Below, one piece after another: positions 31,282 to 40,986 of a stretch of DNA of 64,000 bases (its first letter is position 1; each line of letters opens with the position of its first letter). The notes beneath the pieces were generated by a model. It was not told the origin of the DNA and did no database searches. It was given only the letters and a program-made list of their open reading frames with translations. Source of the stretch: Sedimentisphaerales bacterium (GTDB taxonomy: Bacteria; Planctomycetota; Phycisphaerae; Sedimentisphaerales; SM23-30); the NCBI GenBank assembly GCA_963663805.2, contig CAXXMR010000012.1, positions 256,001 through 320,000 on the forward strand. The letters run 5' to 3'. The translations under genes and the position numbers were made by a program.

Positions 31282-32046
31282 TTAGCCTTCTTTTTTCCGT
31301 TTTTTCTCTAAACTCTGGTTAAGTCGCCAGCTGTCGGTTATGATTTCGACCACGCTCACATGGTGGGTCAGTCGGTCCAGCAGAGCACCGGCTAATCTTT
31401 CATCATCGCCAAAGACCTGGGGCCAATCGGCGAATGGCAGATTCGTTGTTACGATCAGGCTGGTTTGTTCATAGCACTGGCTGAAAAAGCCGAACAGATG
31501 TTCCGCTCCGATACGGTCGAACGGGACATAGCCCAGTTCATCGATGATGATCAGGTCGCATTTTTTTATATAGCTCTCTAATTTCAACACCGCTCTTTCC
31601 TGTCGGGCTTCGAGATACGTATTAACCAGTTCAGCAGCGGTAAAGAACCGCACTTTATAACCTCGTCGGCAGGCTTCCCGGCCGAGGGCGATGGCCAGAT
31701 GACTTTTACCCACGCCCGGCGGGCCGGTAAAGACGATATTACTGCGGCGGTCGATAAAGCCGCACATCGAAAGGTCGATAATCTGTTTTTTATTTATCTG
31801 CGGCACGGCCATAAAATCAAAACTTTCAAGTTCCTTAGTCATGGGGAAGTTTGCCTGTTTCAATCTCCTGGCGATGGCCTGCGACTGTCGATGAAAGACT
31901 TCGATTTCGGCCAGTCTTTGCAGGTAACTTTCATAGGATTCGTTTGCCTGGGCGGATGCCCGGGCAATTGTCTGATACTCTTTTTGAATTGTCGGAAGCT
32001 TCAGGGTCTTGAGATAGCTTTTTAATAAAACCATTGGATCTTTCAT
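31282..32046 (-). CDS. istB: IS21 helper ATPase IstB
   Basis: GPPGVGKSHLA, IIDELGYVP, TTNLPF, ALLDRLTHH. Confidence 0.95.
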   Translation of the reverse strand: MKDPMVLLKSYLKTLKLPTIQKEYQTIARASAQANESYESYLQRLAEIEVFHRQSQAIARRLKQANFPMTKELESFDFMAVPQINKKQIIDLSMCGFIDRRSNIVFTGPPGVGKSHLAIALGREACRRGYKVRFFTAAELVNTYLEARQERAVLKLESYIKKCDLIIIDELGYVPFDRIGAEHLFGFFSQCYEQTSLIVTTNLPFADWPQVFGDDERLAGALLDRLTHHVSVVEIITDSWRLNQSLEKKRKKEG

Positions 32047-33530
32047 GCTACCTCCCCGGCCAACTGGTTATAAACATCGAGATTGCGTTTGCCATCGCCT
32101 TGGTTTACCAGGACTTGATTGCCGGCAAGGTTCAATTGTGAGCCGTTACGTAAAAAGCTTTCCACCGCTTCATCGCTGAACGCCCGGCACTTGACACAAA
32201 CACCAACGGCATGTTCAACTTCTTTTTGCGGATGCCTGATAAAGAGCAGCAGGATGTTGATGTATTTACCGGGCCCTTCACTGCCGTATCGATATTCAAG
32301 CTCTGTTCGCATCAAGGTGAAATCTTCGCCCCAGGGCTGGCCCTTGAATGGCCGAGCATTATCCAGCGAACCGGGCTTACGCTCTAAAAGTTTGATATAA
32401 TGCAGCGGATCCAGGATATACTGGTCTTTATCGTAACATCTGGAATGCGAGGCAACCAGCTCATTTTTATAGAACAGGTCAACCCGGTCAACGAATACCT
32501 TGACCTGGCAAGATTGATAGGCATACTCCGTCGGCACCCAATACCGGTTAGTATCAACCCGTACTGTAAGCTGTTTGTCCGCAAAGGTGGATATTCGACG
32601 ACAGGCTTCAAACTTCTGCTCAGGCAGTTCGTATAAATGTGTTTTCTCTTCCGCAAATAAATCGCCAATGGTTTTATTCGTATGAGGTGCAGGGCCCTGG
32701 CGATCCAGTTCTTTGATACACTGAGCAATCAGCATCTCATTCAGCTGAGCCATATCGGTAACTCTCGGAACCGGAGAGAAGAACTGCCTTTCACTTCGCT
32801 TGGCGAGATTCTCGACATCGCCTTTTTCATTACCTTTAGCGACATTGCAAAAACGAGTGTCAAACAAATACCAACTCTTAAGCTCTACGAATTTGCGGTT
32901 GAGCCGACGCTTGCCTTTTTTGAGAACCTTTAGAACCGCAGTTTTTAAATTGTCGTAAGCAATGCGTTTGGGCACGCCGCCGAAATATTCAAACGCCCGG
33001 ACATGGCCGTCAAGAAAACATTCGATCTTCATGCTCTCGTAAGCACAAACAAAAGGAGCCTTAGAACAGCACAGCTTCATGCAAAAAACGTAGACCTTCT
33101 TCTCCCTGCCGTTTTCTTTAATGTTAGCTTCATGCCAGTCAACCTGGGCTTCTTCGCCAAACTCAAACGCTAACGGCAGGTAAGCTTCTTTTTGGCGATT
33201 ACTCGCTTCCTTGATATACCGCTGGACAGTGCTGTAATGACCGGTGAAACCATACTCGTCACAAAGCCGCTGATACATTTTGGTCGCCTGCATCCGCTGC
33301 TTACGCCGAACCTTTTTGTCAGATTCCAGCCAGGTGTCAATAATGTGCGCGAAGGGATCCATGACAGCCTTGACCCGCGGCTGACTGAGCCGATAGCCCG
33401 GCGGAATCGGATTTTTCAGGGCCTTGGCCACCGTGTTACGCGAATGCCCCAGCTCCAGGGCAACCTCACGTTGCGATATCCCATCACGAACTTTACGTCT
33501 GATAATCTCATAATGCTCCACTGTAAGCAC
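32043..33530 (-). CDS. istA: IS21 transposase IstA
   Basis: HTH N-terminus, AQVDW, FGGVPKRIAYDNLKTAV, EKGDVEN. Confidence 0.95.
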   Translation of the reverse strand: MLTVEHYEIIRRKVRDGISQREVALELGHSRNTVAKALKNPIPPGYRLSQPRVKAVMDPFAHIIDTWLESDKKVRRKQRMQATKMYQRLCDEYGFTGHYSTVQRYIKEASNRQKEAYLPLAFEFGEEAQVDWHEANIKENGREKKVYVFCMKLCCSKAPFVCAYESMKIECFLDGHVRAFEYFGGVPKRIAYDNLKTAVLKVLKKGKRRLNRKFVELKSWYLFDTRFCNVAKGNEKGDVENLAKRSERQFFSPVPRVTDMAQLNEMLIAQCIKELDRQGPAPHTNKTIGDLFAEEKTHLYELPEQKFEACRRISTFADKQLTVRVDTNRYWVPTEYAYQSCQVKVFVDRVDLFYKNELVASHSRCYDKDQYILDPLHYIKLLERKPGSLDNARPFKGQPWGEDFTLMRTELEYRYGSEGPGKYINILLLFIRHPQKEVEHAVGVCVKCRAFSDEAVESFLRNGSQLNLAGNQVLVNQGDGKRNLDVYNQLAGEVA

Positions 33531-33671
33531 CTTTCTAAGCCTCCTGTGTCTAAAATGTTACGTATCTTAAACACATCTTATCGGCCTTTTACAGTGGCTC
33601 CTTTTTCGATGCTTTTTCAGAAGAGAAAACCCGCAAATCTGGCTCCATTTTCAATGCTAATCACCACCGAA

Positions 33672-33763
33672 ATCGCAGCTTCACCGACCCGGTCAGAAAC
33701 GCGCCGCTTAAAGAATAGCATTTATGATGGAGTATTGGCTGCGCTGATTATCCGGCCGGGCCT
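33672..33763. repeat. Continuation of the 20-bp array right of IS21
   Basis: Units at 33684 (CCGACCCGGTCAGAAACGCG), 33704 (CCGCTTAAAGAATAG, compare 31127 CCGCTTTAAGAATAG), 33724 and 33744 stay in 20-bp register once the IS and one CCGAA are removed. Confidence 0.7.
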
Positions 33764-33981
33764 TTCCGGGACGGTTTACCGTCCGGCAAAAGAGGCTGGC
33801 TCCGGGTTCGCGGCGCTGTTATAATGACCGACTGAGCAGGTTAGTCTGGTAAATGGCAATTTGGCGTTTAAATCCGTGACAATCCGCGTAAGCCGCGGTT
33901 AAGTATCTCGATTGTCATTGTTTGCGGTTCAGGATTTAAGGCCGGTAATTTCCAGTTTGTCTGGTTTAGGAGTGTGCGGCG

Positions 33982-35493
33982 ATGATTCGGAGATGGCTTG
34001 ATTTTCTGAGCAGGGATTTATGGCGGATTCGGCTGCATGGTCGGCCGTGGATGGTCAGCTTCTGGCTCAATCAGTTGCGAATCGTAGTGCTGGCGTTTCG
34101 GGGCTTCTCTCAGGATAAGTGCCGGCTGCGGGCCTCGGCGCTGACGCTCTATCTGCTGATGTCGCTGGTGCCGATGGTCGCGGTGATATTCGGGGTGGCC
34201 CGCGGGTTCGGCATCGAAAAGGAAGTTGAAAAACGCGTCATGGCTTCGTTCAAAGGCGAGGTCCAGGTGTCGGCCTTTGCCACGGAGTTCAATATGACTG
34301 AGCCTGCCGATCCGGCCGCTGAGAGTTCACCGGAGAAAAACCAAACGCCGGATAATTCCGCCGCGCCCAATACCGCGGTTGATACCGCCCCTGCCCTTAA
34401 TGTTGAAGATACCGAAGAATCCGCAGAACTGATAACTCAGCGAACCGCTAATGAACAAATTGCTATTCGAGTGATTAAGTTTGCCAATTCCCTGCTGGAT
34501 AATACCAGCGGTGGGCTGATTGCCGGACTGGGTGTCGCGGTGCTGTTTTTGACGATTATCAAGATGCTCAGTAATATCGAGGATGCGTTCAATAATATCT
34601 GGGGCATCAAAAAAAGCCGCACGCTGGCCCGCAAGTTCAGCGACTATCTGGCCGTGATTCTGGTCTGCCCGATCTTTCTGGTTGTCTCCGGCAGTCTTAC
34701 CGTTTTTATTAATACCCAGGCGGGCAATGCTCTGGAGCGGTTTGATTATTTGCAGAGTTTTGGTCCAGCGCTGCACTGGCTGATTGGCATGTCCCCGTAT
34801 TGCATCCTCTGGATAATTTTCGCGTTCATCTATTTGTTCATCCCCAATACCAAAGTGCGGCCGGGCTCGGCACTACTGGCGGGCGTGGTCGCCGGGACCA
34901 TGTTCCAGCTGGCTCAGTGGGCTTATGTCACTTTTCAGGTGGGCGTGGCGAAGTACAATGCCATTTACGGCAGTTTCGCGGCGATCCCGCTGTTTCTGAT
35001 GTGGCTGCAATTCAGCTGGCTGATAGTACTGTTCGGGGCGGAGCTGGCGTTTGCTCATCAGAACGTCGAAACCTATGAGTTCGAGCCGGACTGTCTGGAA
35101 CTGAGCAATTCCTTTAAGAGCCTGCTCGCGCTGTTGGTGCTGACCCGTATGGTCAAACGTTTCTGCGTCGGCAATACGCCCTGGCCCGCCGGTGAGATCG
35201 CTCACGAACTGGAATTGCCGATACGGCTCGTGCGGCAGATTCTCTTTGAACTCAACGACGCCGACCTCATCAGCGAAGTGCGGCTGGAAGATGATCGTAT
35301 CCCGGCCTTTCAGCCCGCCCGTGACGCCGAGACTTTGTCTGTGCAATATGTACTGGATGAACTCGGCAAACGCGGCAGCGCAACCCTGCCGGTGGTAGAA
35401 TGTGATAATATCAAACATCTGCGCCAGTGCCTCGACCATTTCGCCGTTGCGACCAGAGATTGCCCCGGCAACCTCTTACTGAAAAACATTTAG
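33982..35493 (+). CDS. YihY/virulence factor BrkB family membrane protein with C-terminal wHTH-like region
   Basis: ASALTLYLLMSLVP, IEDAFNNIW, YLFIPNTKV, YNAIYGSFAAIPLFLMWLQFSWLIVLFGAE. Confidence 0.9.
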   Translation: MIRRWLDFLSRDLWRIRLHGRPWMVSFWLNQLRIVVLAFRGFSQDKCRLRASALTLYLLMSLVPMVAVIFGVARGFGIEKEVEKRVMASFKGEVQVSAFATEFNMTEPADPAAESSPEKNQTPDNSAAPNTAVDTAPALNVEDTEESAELITQRTANEQIAIRVIKFANSLLDNTSGGLIAGLGVAVLFLTIIKMLSNIEDAFNNIWGIKKSRTLARKFSDYLAVILVCPIFLVVSGSLTVFINTQAGNALERFDYLQSFGPALHWLIGMSPYCILWIIFAFIYLFIPNTKVRPGSALLAGVVAGTMFQLAQWAYVTFQVGVAKYNAIYGSFAAIPLFLMWLQFSWLIVLFGAELAFAHQNVETYEFEPDCLELSNSFKSLLALLVLTRMVKRFCVGNTPWPAGEIAHELELPIRLVRQILFELNDADLISEVRLEDDRIPAFQPARDAETLSVQYVLDELGKRGSATLPVVECDNIKHLRQCLDHFAVATRDCPGNLLLKNI

Positions 35494-35543
35494 AAGGGCG
35501 GCAACTCTCTTTTTCTATCGTTAAGCCTGTGAAAGTAATATAA

Positions 35544-36386
35544 ATGTCAGCTCTAAAACTTATTCACGCCCGCGGAACATTGGATTTATCCCGCCCGGTC
35601 CTCATGGGAATCCTTAACATCACTCCCGATTCATTTAGCGACGGCGGAAACTTCTTTGATGTGGATAAAGCCGTCGCCCACGGCCTGGAAATGGCCGAAC
35701 AGGGAGCGGCGATAATCGATGTCGGCGGCGAATCAACCCGCCCCGGCTCAGAGCCCGTCCCCGCCCAAGAACAGATAAAACGAACCGCCCCGGTAATCGA
35801 AAAACTCAGTGCCCAGATAAACATTCCTATAAGCATAGACACAACCTTAAGCCCCGTCGCCCAGGCCGCCCTTGATGCCGGTGCCGCTATCGTTAACGAC
35901 ATCGCCGCCCTGCGCAGTGATGACAGTCTGCCGGAAATTATCACCCGCTATAACGCCGGCGTAATCCTGATGCACATGCAGGGCACGCCGCGCGATATGC
36001 AGAAGAACCCAACGTATAAAGATGTCGTCCGCGAGATAAAAATCTTCCTGCAGGAGAGAATAAACTTCGCCCGCTCACGCGGCATCGCCAGAGACCACAT
36101 TGCCATAGACCCCGGCATAGGTTTCGGCAAAACCCTCGAGCACAACCTCGAAATCTTACGAAGGCTCTCCGAGTTTCACGAATTAGAAGTCCCCGTACTA
36201 ATCGGCGCTTCCCGCAAAAGATTCATCGCGGCGGTTCTCGATATAGAACAACCCAACCAACGCATCTGGGGCGACGCAGCCGTAACCGCCTGGTGCGCCG
36301 GAGCAACCGTCCACATTATTCGCGTTCACGATGTAAAAGAAATGGTCCAGATTGTTAAAATGGTCCGGGCTATTAGAAGTCAATAG
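35544..36386 (+). CDS. folP: Dihydropteroate synthase
   Basis: MGILNITPDSFSDGG, IDVGGESTRPG, DPGIGFGK, GASRKRFI, IIRVHDV. Confidence 0.96.
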   Translation: MSALKLIHARGTLDLSRPVLMGILNITPDSFSDGGNFFDVDKAVAHGLEMAEQGAAIIDVGGESTRPGSEPVPAQEQIKRTAPVIEKLSAQINIPISIDTTLSPVAQAALDAGAAIVNDIAALRSDDSLPEIITRYNAGVILMHMQGTPRDMQKNPTYKDVVREIKIFLQERINFARSRGIARDHIAIDPGIGFGKTLEHNLEILRRLSEFHELEVPVLIGASRKRFIAAVLDIEQPNQRIWGDAAVTAWCAGATVHIIRVHDVKEMVQIVKMVRAIRSQ

Positions 36387-36600
36387 AATCCAGTTTTGCG
36401 AGAAGGGCTGGATATTTATCTTTCAAATCATCTGAAATTCCCCGCGCAGCCTCACCAATTATTTCTAATAGCTTTGTTAGCGACAATTCCAATTGGCGGT
36501 CGGTGTCTAAATCTTTTCGCTCGCGAGATTTTGCAAAAACGATAGCTTCCTGAGCGGCTTCGATAATATGTTTAATTCGCGTCTGGTCATCTATGAACAT
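36373..36600 (-). pseudogene. HEPN/HepT (DUF86) toxin, C-terminally truncated
   Basis: LEIIGEAARGISDDLKDKYP, then similarity is lost; no R-x4-H motif; 75 aa. Confidence 0.75.
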
Positions 36601-36892
36601 ATCGCAACTCTGCCTGATTTAATACTTGGGGGCGAATATGTCGGCTGATATCTTCTGGAGTTTTCAAGTCTATTTTCCTGCCGCCGAAAATCCCGGATAA
36701 TTTCTGCTCCAATTCGTAGAGTTTGAAGAAACCTGGGATAAAATCAGCCGCGAATTCTACTAAAATATCTACGTCGCTTTGTGGGGTAAAATCATCGCGC
36801 ACCGCTGAACCGAAAATGGCAAGGCTATTAATGTGATAGCACTCACAAAACCGCTGAAGTTCTTCCGATGAATATGATAATTGACTGTTCAT
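36587..36892 (-). CDS. Minimal nucleotidyltransferase (MntA-type antitoxin)
   Basis: IFGSAVRDDFTPQSDVDILVEF (GS-x10-DxD), GRKIDL. Confidence 0.88.
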   Translation of the reverse strand: MNSQLSYSSEELQRFCECYHINSLAIFGSAVRDDFTPQSDVDILVEFAADFIPGFFKLYELEQKLSGIFGGRKIDLKTPEDISRHIRPQVLNQAELRYVHR

Positions 36893-36926
36893 AAATTTTT
36901 ATTATAGCGGTTTGGAGCTTTTTGTC

Positions 36927-36965
36927 AAAAAAAAGCCCCCGCACCGTTGGGGCACGAGGGCTTTT
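36927..36965 (-). terminator. Terminator after ppdK
   Basis: AAAAGCCC...GGGCTTTT stem with an A8 run on the + strand. Confidence 0.6.
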
Positions 36966-36989
36966 GTCATTTATATATCCGGGAAACCC

Positions 36990-39707
36990 TTATTTTTTCT
37001 TGGCTTCCAGAACCGCCTGGGCTGCTGCCAGACGAGCGATTGGTACGCGGAACGGTGAGCATGAAACGTAGTTCATGCCGGCGCGGTAGCAGAACGCCAC
37101 ACTGCTGGGTTCGCCGCCGTGCTCGCCGCAGATACCGACTTTGAGCTTGGGATTAGTCGAGCGGCCGAGCTGGATACCAATTTCGACCAGCTTGCCGATA
37201 CCATTCTGGTCGAGGACCTGGAACGGGTCGGCCTCGTAAATGCCCAGCTTGACATATTCGCCCAGGAACTTGCCAGCATCATCGCGGCTGAAGCCCATAC
37301 CCATCTGGGTAAGGTCGTTGGTGCCGAAGCTGAAGAATTCCGCTTCGTGAGCGATTTCGTCAGCGGTCAGAGCCGCACGCGGCACTTCAATCATGGTGCC
37401 GACCATATATTTAACCTTGGCCTTCTTTTCCTTGAAGACCTTTTCGATTTCGTCAATAACGTACTGCTTGACGAAAGCCAGCTCTTCAACAGTGCCTACC
37501 AGCGGAATCATGATTTCGGGCAGGACCTGTTTCTTTTTCTTGCTGACAATAAGGGCAGCTTCGATTATAGCACGGGCCTGCATTTGGGCGATTTCCGGGT
37601 AGGAAATCGACAGACGGCAGCCGCGGTGACCGAGCATGGGGTTGAACTCATGCAGGTCTTCGACCTTGGCCTTGACAACCGCCGGGGTAACCTTCAGACG
37701 TTTGGCCATTTCCTTCTGGCTGGCATCATCCTGAGGCAGGAACTCATGCAGTGGCGGATCCAGCAGACGAATCGTAACCGGCAGGCCCGCCATCGCCGTG
37801 AAAATACCCACAAAATCTTTACGCTGATAAGGTAGCAGGGTCTTCAGGGCATTCTGGAAATCCTTGATCGCCGGGGCGTATTCCTTATTGAGGGCCGTGA
37901 TTTCTTTCTTGTCTTCGGTTTCTTCCAGTTGGGCTTTGTATTCAGCGTACTTGTCGGCAGCCAGAATCATCTGACGCACAGCCCAGATACGGTCACCTTC
38001 GAAGAACATGTGTTCGGTACGGCACAGGCCGATACCTTCGGCACCGAATTCACGGGCACGTTTGGCGTCTTCGGGGGTGTCGGCATTGGTGCGAACACCT
38101 ATGGTGCGAACTTTATCGACGAAGGTCATGAATTTGCCGAAATCGCCGCTTAGTTTGGGGGTTTCGGTGGGCAACTGTCCTTTGAGGACTTCGCCCTTGG
38201 TGCCATCGAGACTAATCCAGTCACCTTCTTTGACGGTGGTGCTGCCAATTTTCATAACTTTCTTAGCATAGTTGATTTCGCAGTCGCCGGCACCGGCTAC
38301 ACAGCAGCGTCCCATACCACGGGCAACTACCGCGGCGTGGCTGGTCATACCGCCACGCTGAGTCAGGATACCCTTGGCGGCGTCCATACCGCCGATATCT
38401 TCGGGGCTGGTCTCGATGCGGCAGAGGATGACGATTTTACCCTGGTCACGCCATTTTTCAGCGGTGGCGGCATCAAAGACGACCTGGCCGACAGCGGCAC
38501 CGGGCGAAGCGGGCAGGCCCTTGGCCAGCACTTCACGTTTGGCACCGGGCTTGAAGGATGGGTGCAGCAGCATGTCAACCTGTTCGGGGGTGACGCGGCT
38601 GACAGCTTCGACAGCGGTAATCATTTTTTCCTGGACCATATCGACAGCGATTTTCACCGCGGCAGCGGCGGTACGTTTGCCGGAACGGGTCTGGAGGCAG
38701 TAGAATTTACCCTGCTGAATGGTGAATTCCATATCCTGCATATCCTTATAATGCTTTTCCAGGCGGGTCATCAGGGCGGTCAGCTCTTTGTAGCTGCGGG
38801 CATCCTTTTTGGCCAGCTGTTTCAGCGGCATGGGGGTACGGATACCTGCCACAACGTCTTCGCCTTGAGCATTCATCAAGAACTCGCCGTAGAATTCTTT
38901 CGTACCGGTACTGGGGTTACGGGTGAAGCACACGCCGGTGCCGCAGTCGTCGCCCATATTACCAAATACCATGGCCTGTACGTTTACAGCGGTGCCGAAA
39001 AGACCTTTGATGTTGTTCAGTTCGCGATATTTAATCGCGCGTTCTACGTTCCAGGAGGCGAACACGGCATTGACAGCCAGCTCAAGCTGCTGGGCCGGGT
39101 CTTCCGGGAAACTCTTGCCGATGTGTTTTTTGTAGACAGCTTTGTAGTTGTTTACCAGTACTTCCAACTGTTCAGCCGAAAGTTCATTGTCGTTCTTGAC
39201 GCCGACTTTTTTCTTCAGGCTGTCGAGTTCATGCTCGAAATACTCGTGATGGCAGCCCATAACCACGTCGCCGAACATATCGATGAAGCGGCGGTAGGAG
39301 TCATAAGCAAAACGGGCATTACCAGTTTTTTCGATAATACCGGCAATAACTTTGTCGTTCAGTCCGAGGTTCAATACGGTATCCATCATACCGGGCATGG
39401 AGACCGCGGCACCACTGCGAACCGAGACCAGCAGAGGATTGGCGGGGTCGCCGAGTTTGGCGCCCAGGGATTTTTCAACCTTGGCGACATTGTCCATTAC
39501 CTGTTTTTTCAGGCCTGTGGGCCATTTCTTGCCGGCTTTGTAATATTCGGCACAGGTATCAGTTGTGATGGTAAAGCCCGGAGGTACCGGAACGCCCAAG
39601 TTGGTCATCTCGGCCAGGTTGGCGCCTTTACCGCCCAGCAGGGCTTTCATCGTTGCTTTGCCTTCGGCCTTCTTGTTACCGAAGAAATATACCATTTTCT
39701 TGCTCAT
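36990..39707 (-). CDS. ppdK: Pyruvate, phosphate dikinase
   Basis: LGGKGANLAEM, SMPGMMDTVLNLG, GGMTSHAAVVARG, GLCRTEHMFF, FSFGTNDLTQ, GICGEHGG. Confidence 0.98.
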   Translation of the reverse strand: MSKKMVYFFGNKKAEGKATMKALLGGKGANLAEMTNLGVPVPPGFTITTDTCAEYYKAGKKWPTGLKKQVMDNVAKVEKSLGAKLGDPANPLLVSVRSGAAVSMPGMMDTVLNLGLNDKVIAGIIEKTGNARFAYDSYRRFIDMFGDVVMGCHHEYFEHELDSLKKKVGVKNDNELSAEQLEVLVNNYKAVYKKHIGKSFPEDPAQQLELAVNAVFASWNVERAIKYRELNNIKGLFGTAVNVQAMVFGNMGDDCGTGVCFTRNPSTGTKEFYGEFLMNAQGEDVVAGIRTPMPLKQLAKKDARSYKELTALMTRLEKHYKDMQDMEFTIQQGKFYCLQTRSGKRTAAAAVKIAVDMVQEKMITAVEAVSRVTPEQVDMLLHPSFKPGAKREVLAKGLPASPGAAVGQVVFDAATAEKWRDQGKIVILCRIETSPEDIGGMDAAKGILTQRGGMTSHAAVVARGMGRCCVAGAGDCEINYAKKVMKIGSTTVKEGDWISLDGTKGEVLKGQLPTETPKLSGDFGKFMTFVDKVRTIGVRTNADTPEDAKRAREFGAEGIGLCRTEHMFFEGDRIWAVRQMILAADKYAEYKAQLEETEDKKEITALNKEYAPAIKDFQNALKTLLPYQRKDFVGIFTAMAGLPVTIRLLDPPLHEFLPQDDASQKEMAKRLKVTPAVVKAKVEDLHEFNPMLGHRGCRLSISYPEIAQMQARAIIEAALIVSKKKKQVLPEIMIPLVGTVEELAFVKQYVIDEIEKVFKEKKAKVKYMVGTMIEVPRAALTADEIAHEAEFFSFGTNDLTQMGMGFSRDDAGKFLGEYVKLGIYEADPFQVLDQNGIGKLVEIGIQLGRSTNPKLKVGICGEHGGEPSSVAFCYRAGMNYVSCSPFRVPIARLAAAQAVLEAKKK

Positions 39708-40165
39708 TGCGTTGACTCCTAATTCAAAGTCGTATACTAGTATCCATTCTCAATTAGAGAGAATGCTTCATCCAACATCGGATTACTCACATCCCCAAAA
39801 TACCCAAAAACATTATACACCGTGGCAATTTATGAAGAACAGAGCCCCCTGTCAACGCAAAACCTTATTATTAACATTGTTAATAACGTCACGAGATATA
39901 ATTCCCGTTCTCATTTTGTATGTGCCGAACTGTTTTGAGGTCTTATATCCAACCTCGCTATCGGACCGTTCGGAGATTTCAAAGGCTTTTTTGGGAGGTC
40001 CCACAACTCGTCAGGTCGATGATGCAATTTGGACCCGCCGAAATACTTCTTGCCACAGCCGCGGTATTGCCTAAAATAACAGGTCTAACTGGTGGGGCGG
40101 AAATGGGTTTCCGCCTGGCTGCGAAACCCGCGATAGGGCCTGATGGGCAGTTGAGGGCTTAGGTA

Positions 40166-40966
40166 ATGTTGGCCAAAAGAATTATTCCTTGTCTGGACGT
40201 TGACAAAGGCCGGGTGGTCAAAGGCGTGAAGTTTTTTGACCATGTCGATGCCGGCAGTGTCGCCCAGTGCGCTCAACGCTACGAACAGCAGGGGTCCGAC
40301 GAGCTGGTTTTTTATGATATTACCGCCAGCCACGAAGCCCGAGAACTAACCTTGGATGTCCTGCGGGACGCCTCGGAAAGGGTCTTTATGCCCCTGACGG
40401 TAGGGGGGGGAGTCCGCACTCTCGATGATATTAGAGTAATGCTAAATACTGGTGCTGACAAGGTTAGCATCAATTCTGCCGCGGTTCTGGACCAGAATCT
40501 CATCCTTGAGGCAGCCCTGCGTTTCGGCAGCCAGTGCATCGTTTTAGCCATCGATGCCAATCGAGTAATGAAGGACGGGCGGGAAATTTGGGAAGTCTAC
40601 ATTAACGGTGGCAGAAAGCCCACCGGAATTAAGGTGATGGACTGGGTCAGGAAAGGCCTCAACGACGGAGCCGGCGAAATCGTGCTTAATGTCATGAACG
40701 CCGACGGCACCAAGGCGGGTTACGACCTGGAAATGACCTCGGCGGTTGCCGACGCGGTGAATATCCCGGTGGTTGCCAGCGGTGGGGCCGGGACTCTGGA
40801 GGATACTTACGAAGTATTGACCACCGGCCGGGCAGATGCGGCGTTGGCGGCTAGTATTTTTCATTTTGGCGAGTATACTGTCGCACAGGTGAAAGAATAC
40901 CTGCATAATAAAGGTATAAATGTCCGCCTGGACAAACAGGAACCGGGACCGGCCCGGTCCGCTTAG
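40166..40966 (+). CDS. hisF: Imidazole glycerol phosphate synthase cyclase subunit
   Basis: [49 protein letters not shown]. Confidence 0.97.
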   Translation: MLAKRIIPCLDVDKGRVVKGVKFFDHVDAGSVAQCAQRYEQQGSDELVFYDITASHEARELTLDVLRDASERVFMPLTVGGGVRTLDDIRVMLNTGADKVSINSAAVLDQNLILEAALRFGSQCIVLAIDANRVMKDGREIWEVYINGGRKPTGIKVMDWVRKGLNDGAGEIVLNVMNADGTKAGYDLEMTSAVADAVNIPVVASGGAGTLEDTYEVLTTGRADAALAASIFHFGEYTVAQVKEYLHNKGINVRLDKQEPGPARSA

Positions 40967-40986
40967 GATTCCAAGGGAGTTGTATT

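Larger units (their letters stand above)
31155..33666 (-). mobile_element. IS21-family element (2512 bp) with 5-bp target duplication CCGAA
   Basis: 34-bp IRs TGGTGATTAG(T/C)ATTGAAAATGGAGCCAGATTTGC at 31155-31188 and 33633-33666; CCGAA at 31150-31154 and 33667-33671; istA-istB. Confidence 0.95.

Noticed and set aside
37119..39722. Long + strand ORFs (238 and 461 aa) inside ppdK
   Set aside because: Antisense shadows caused by strong codon bias in ppdK.
39720..40165. ncRNA or attenuator between ppdK and hisF
   Set aside because: Only one short hairpin (GGCGGAAA/TTTCCGCC) and no His-rich leader peptide; insufficient support.
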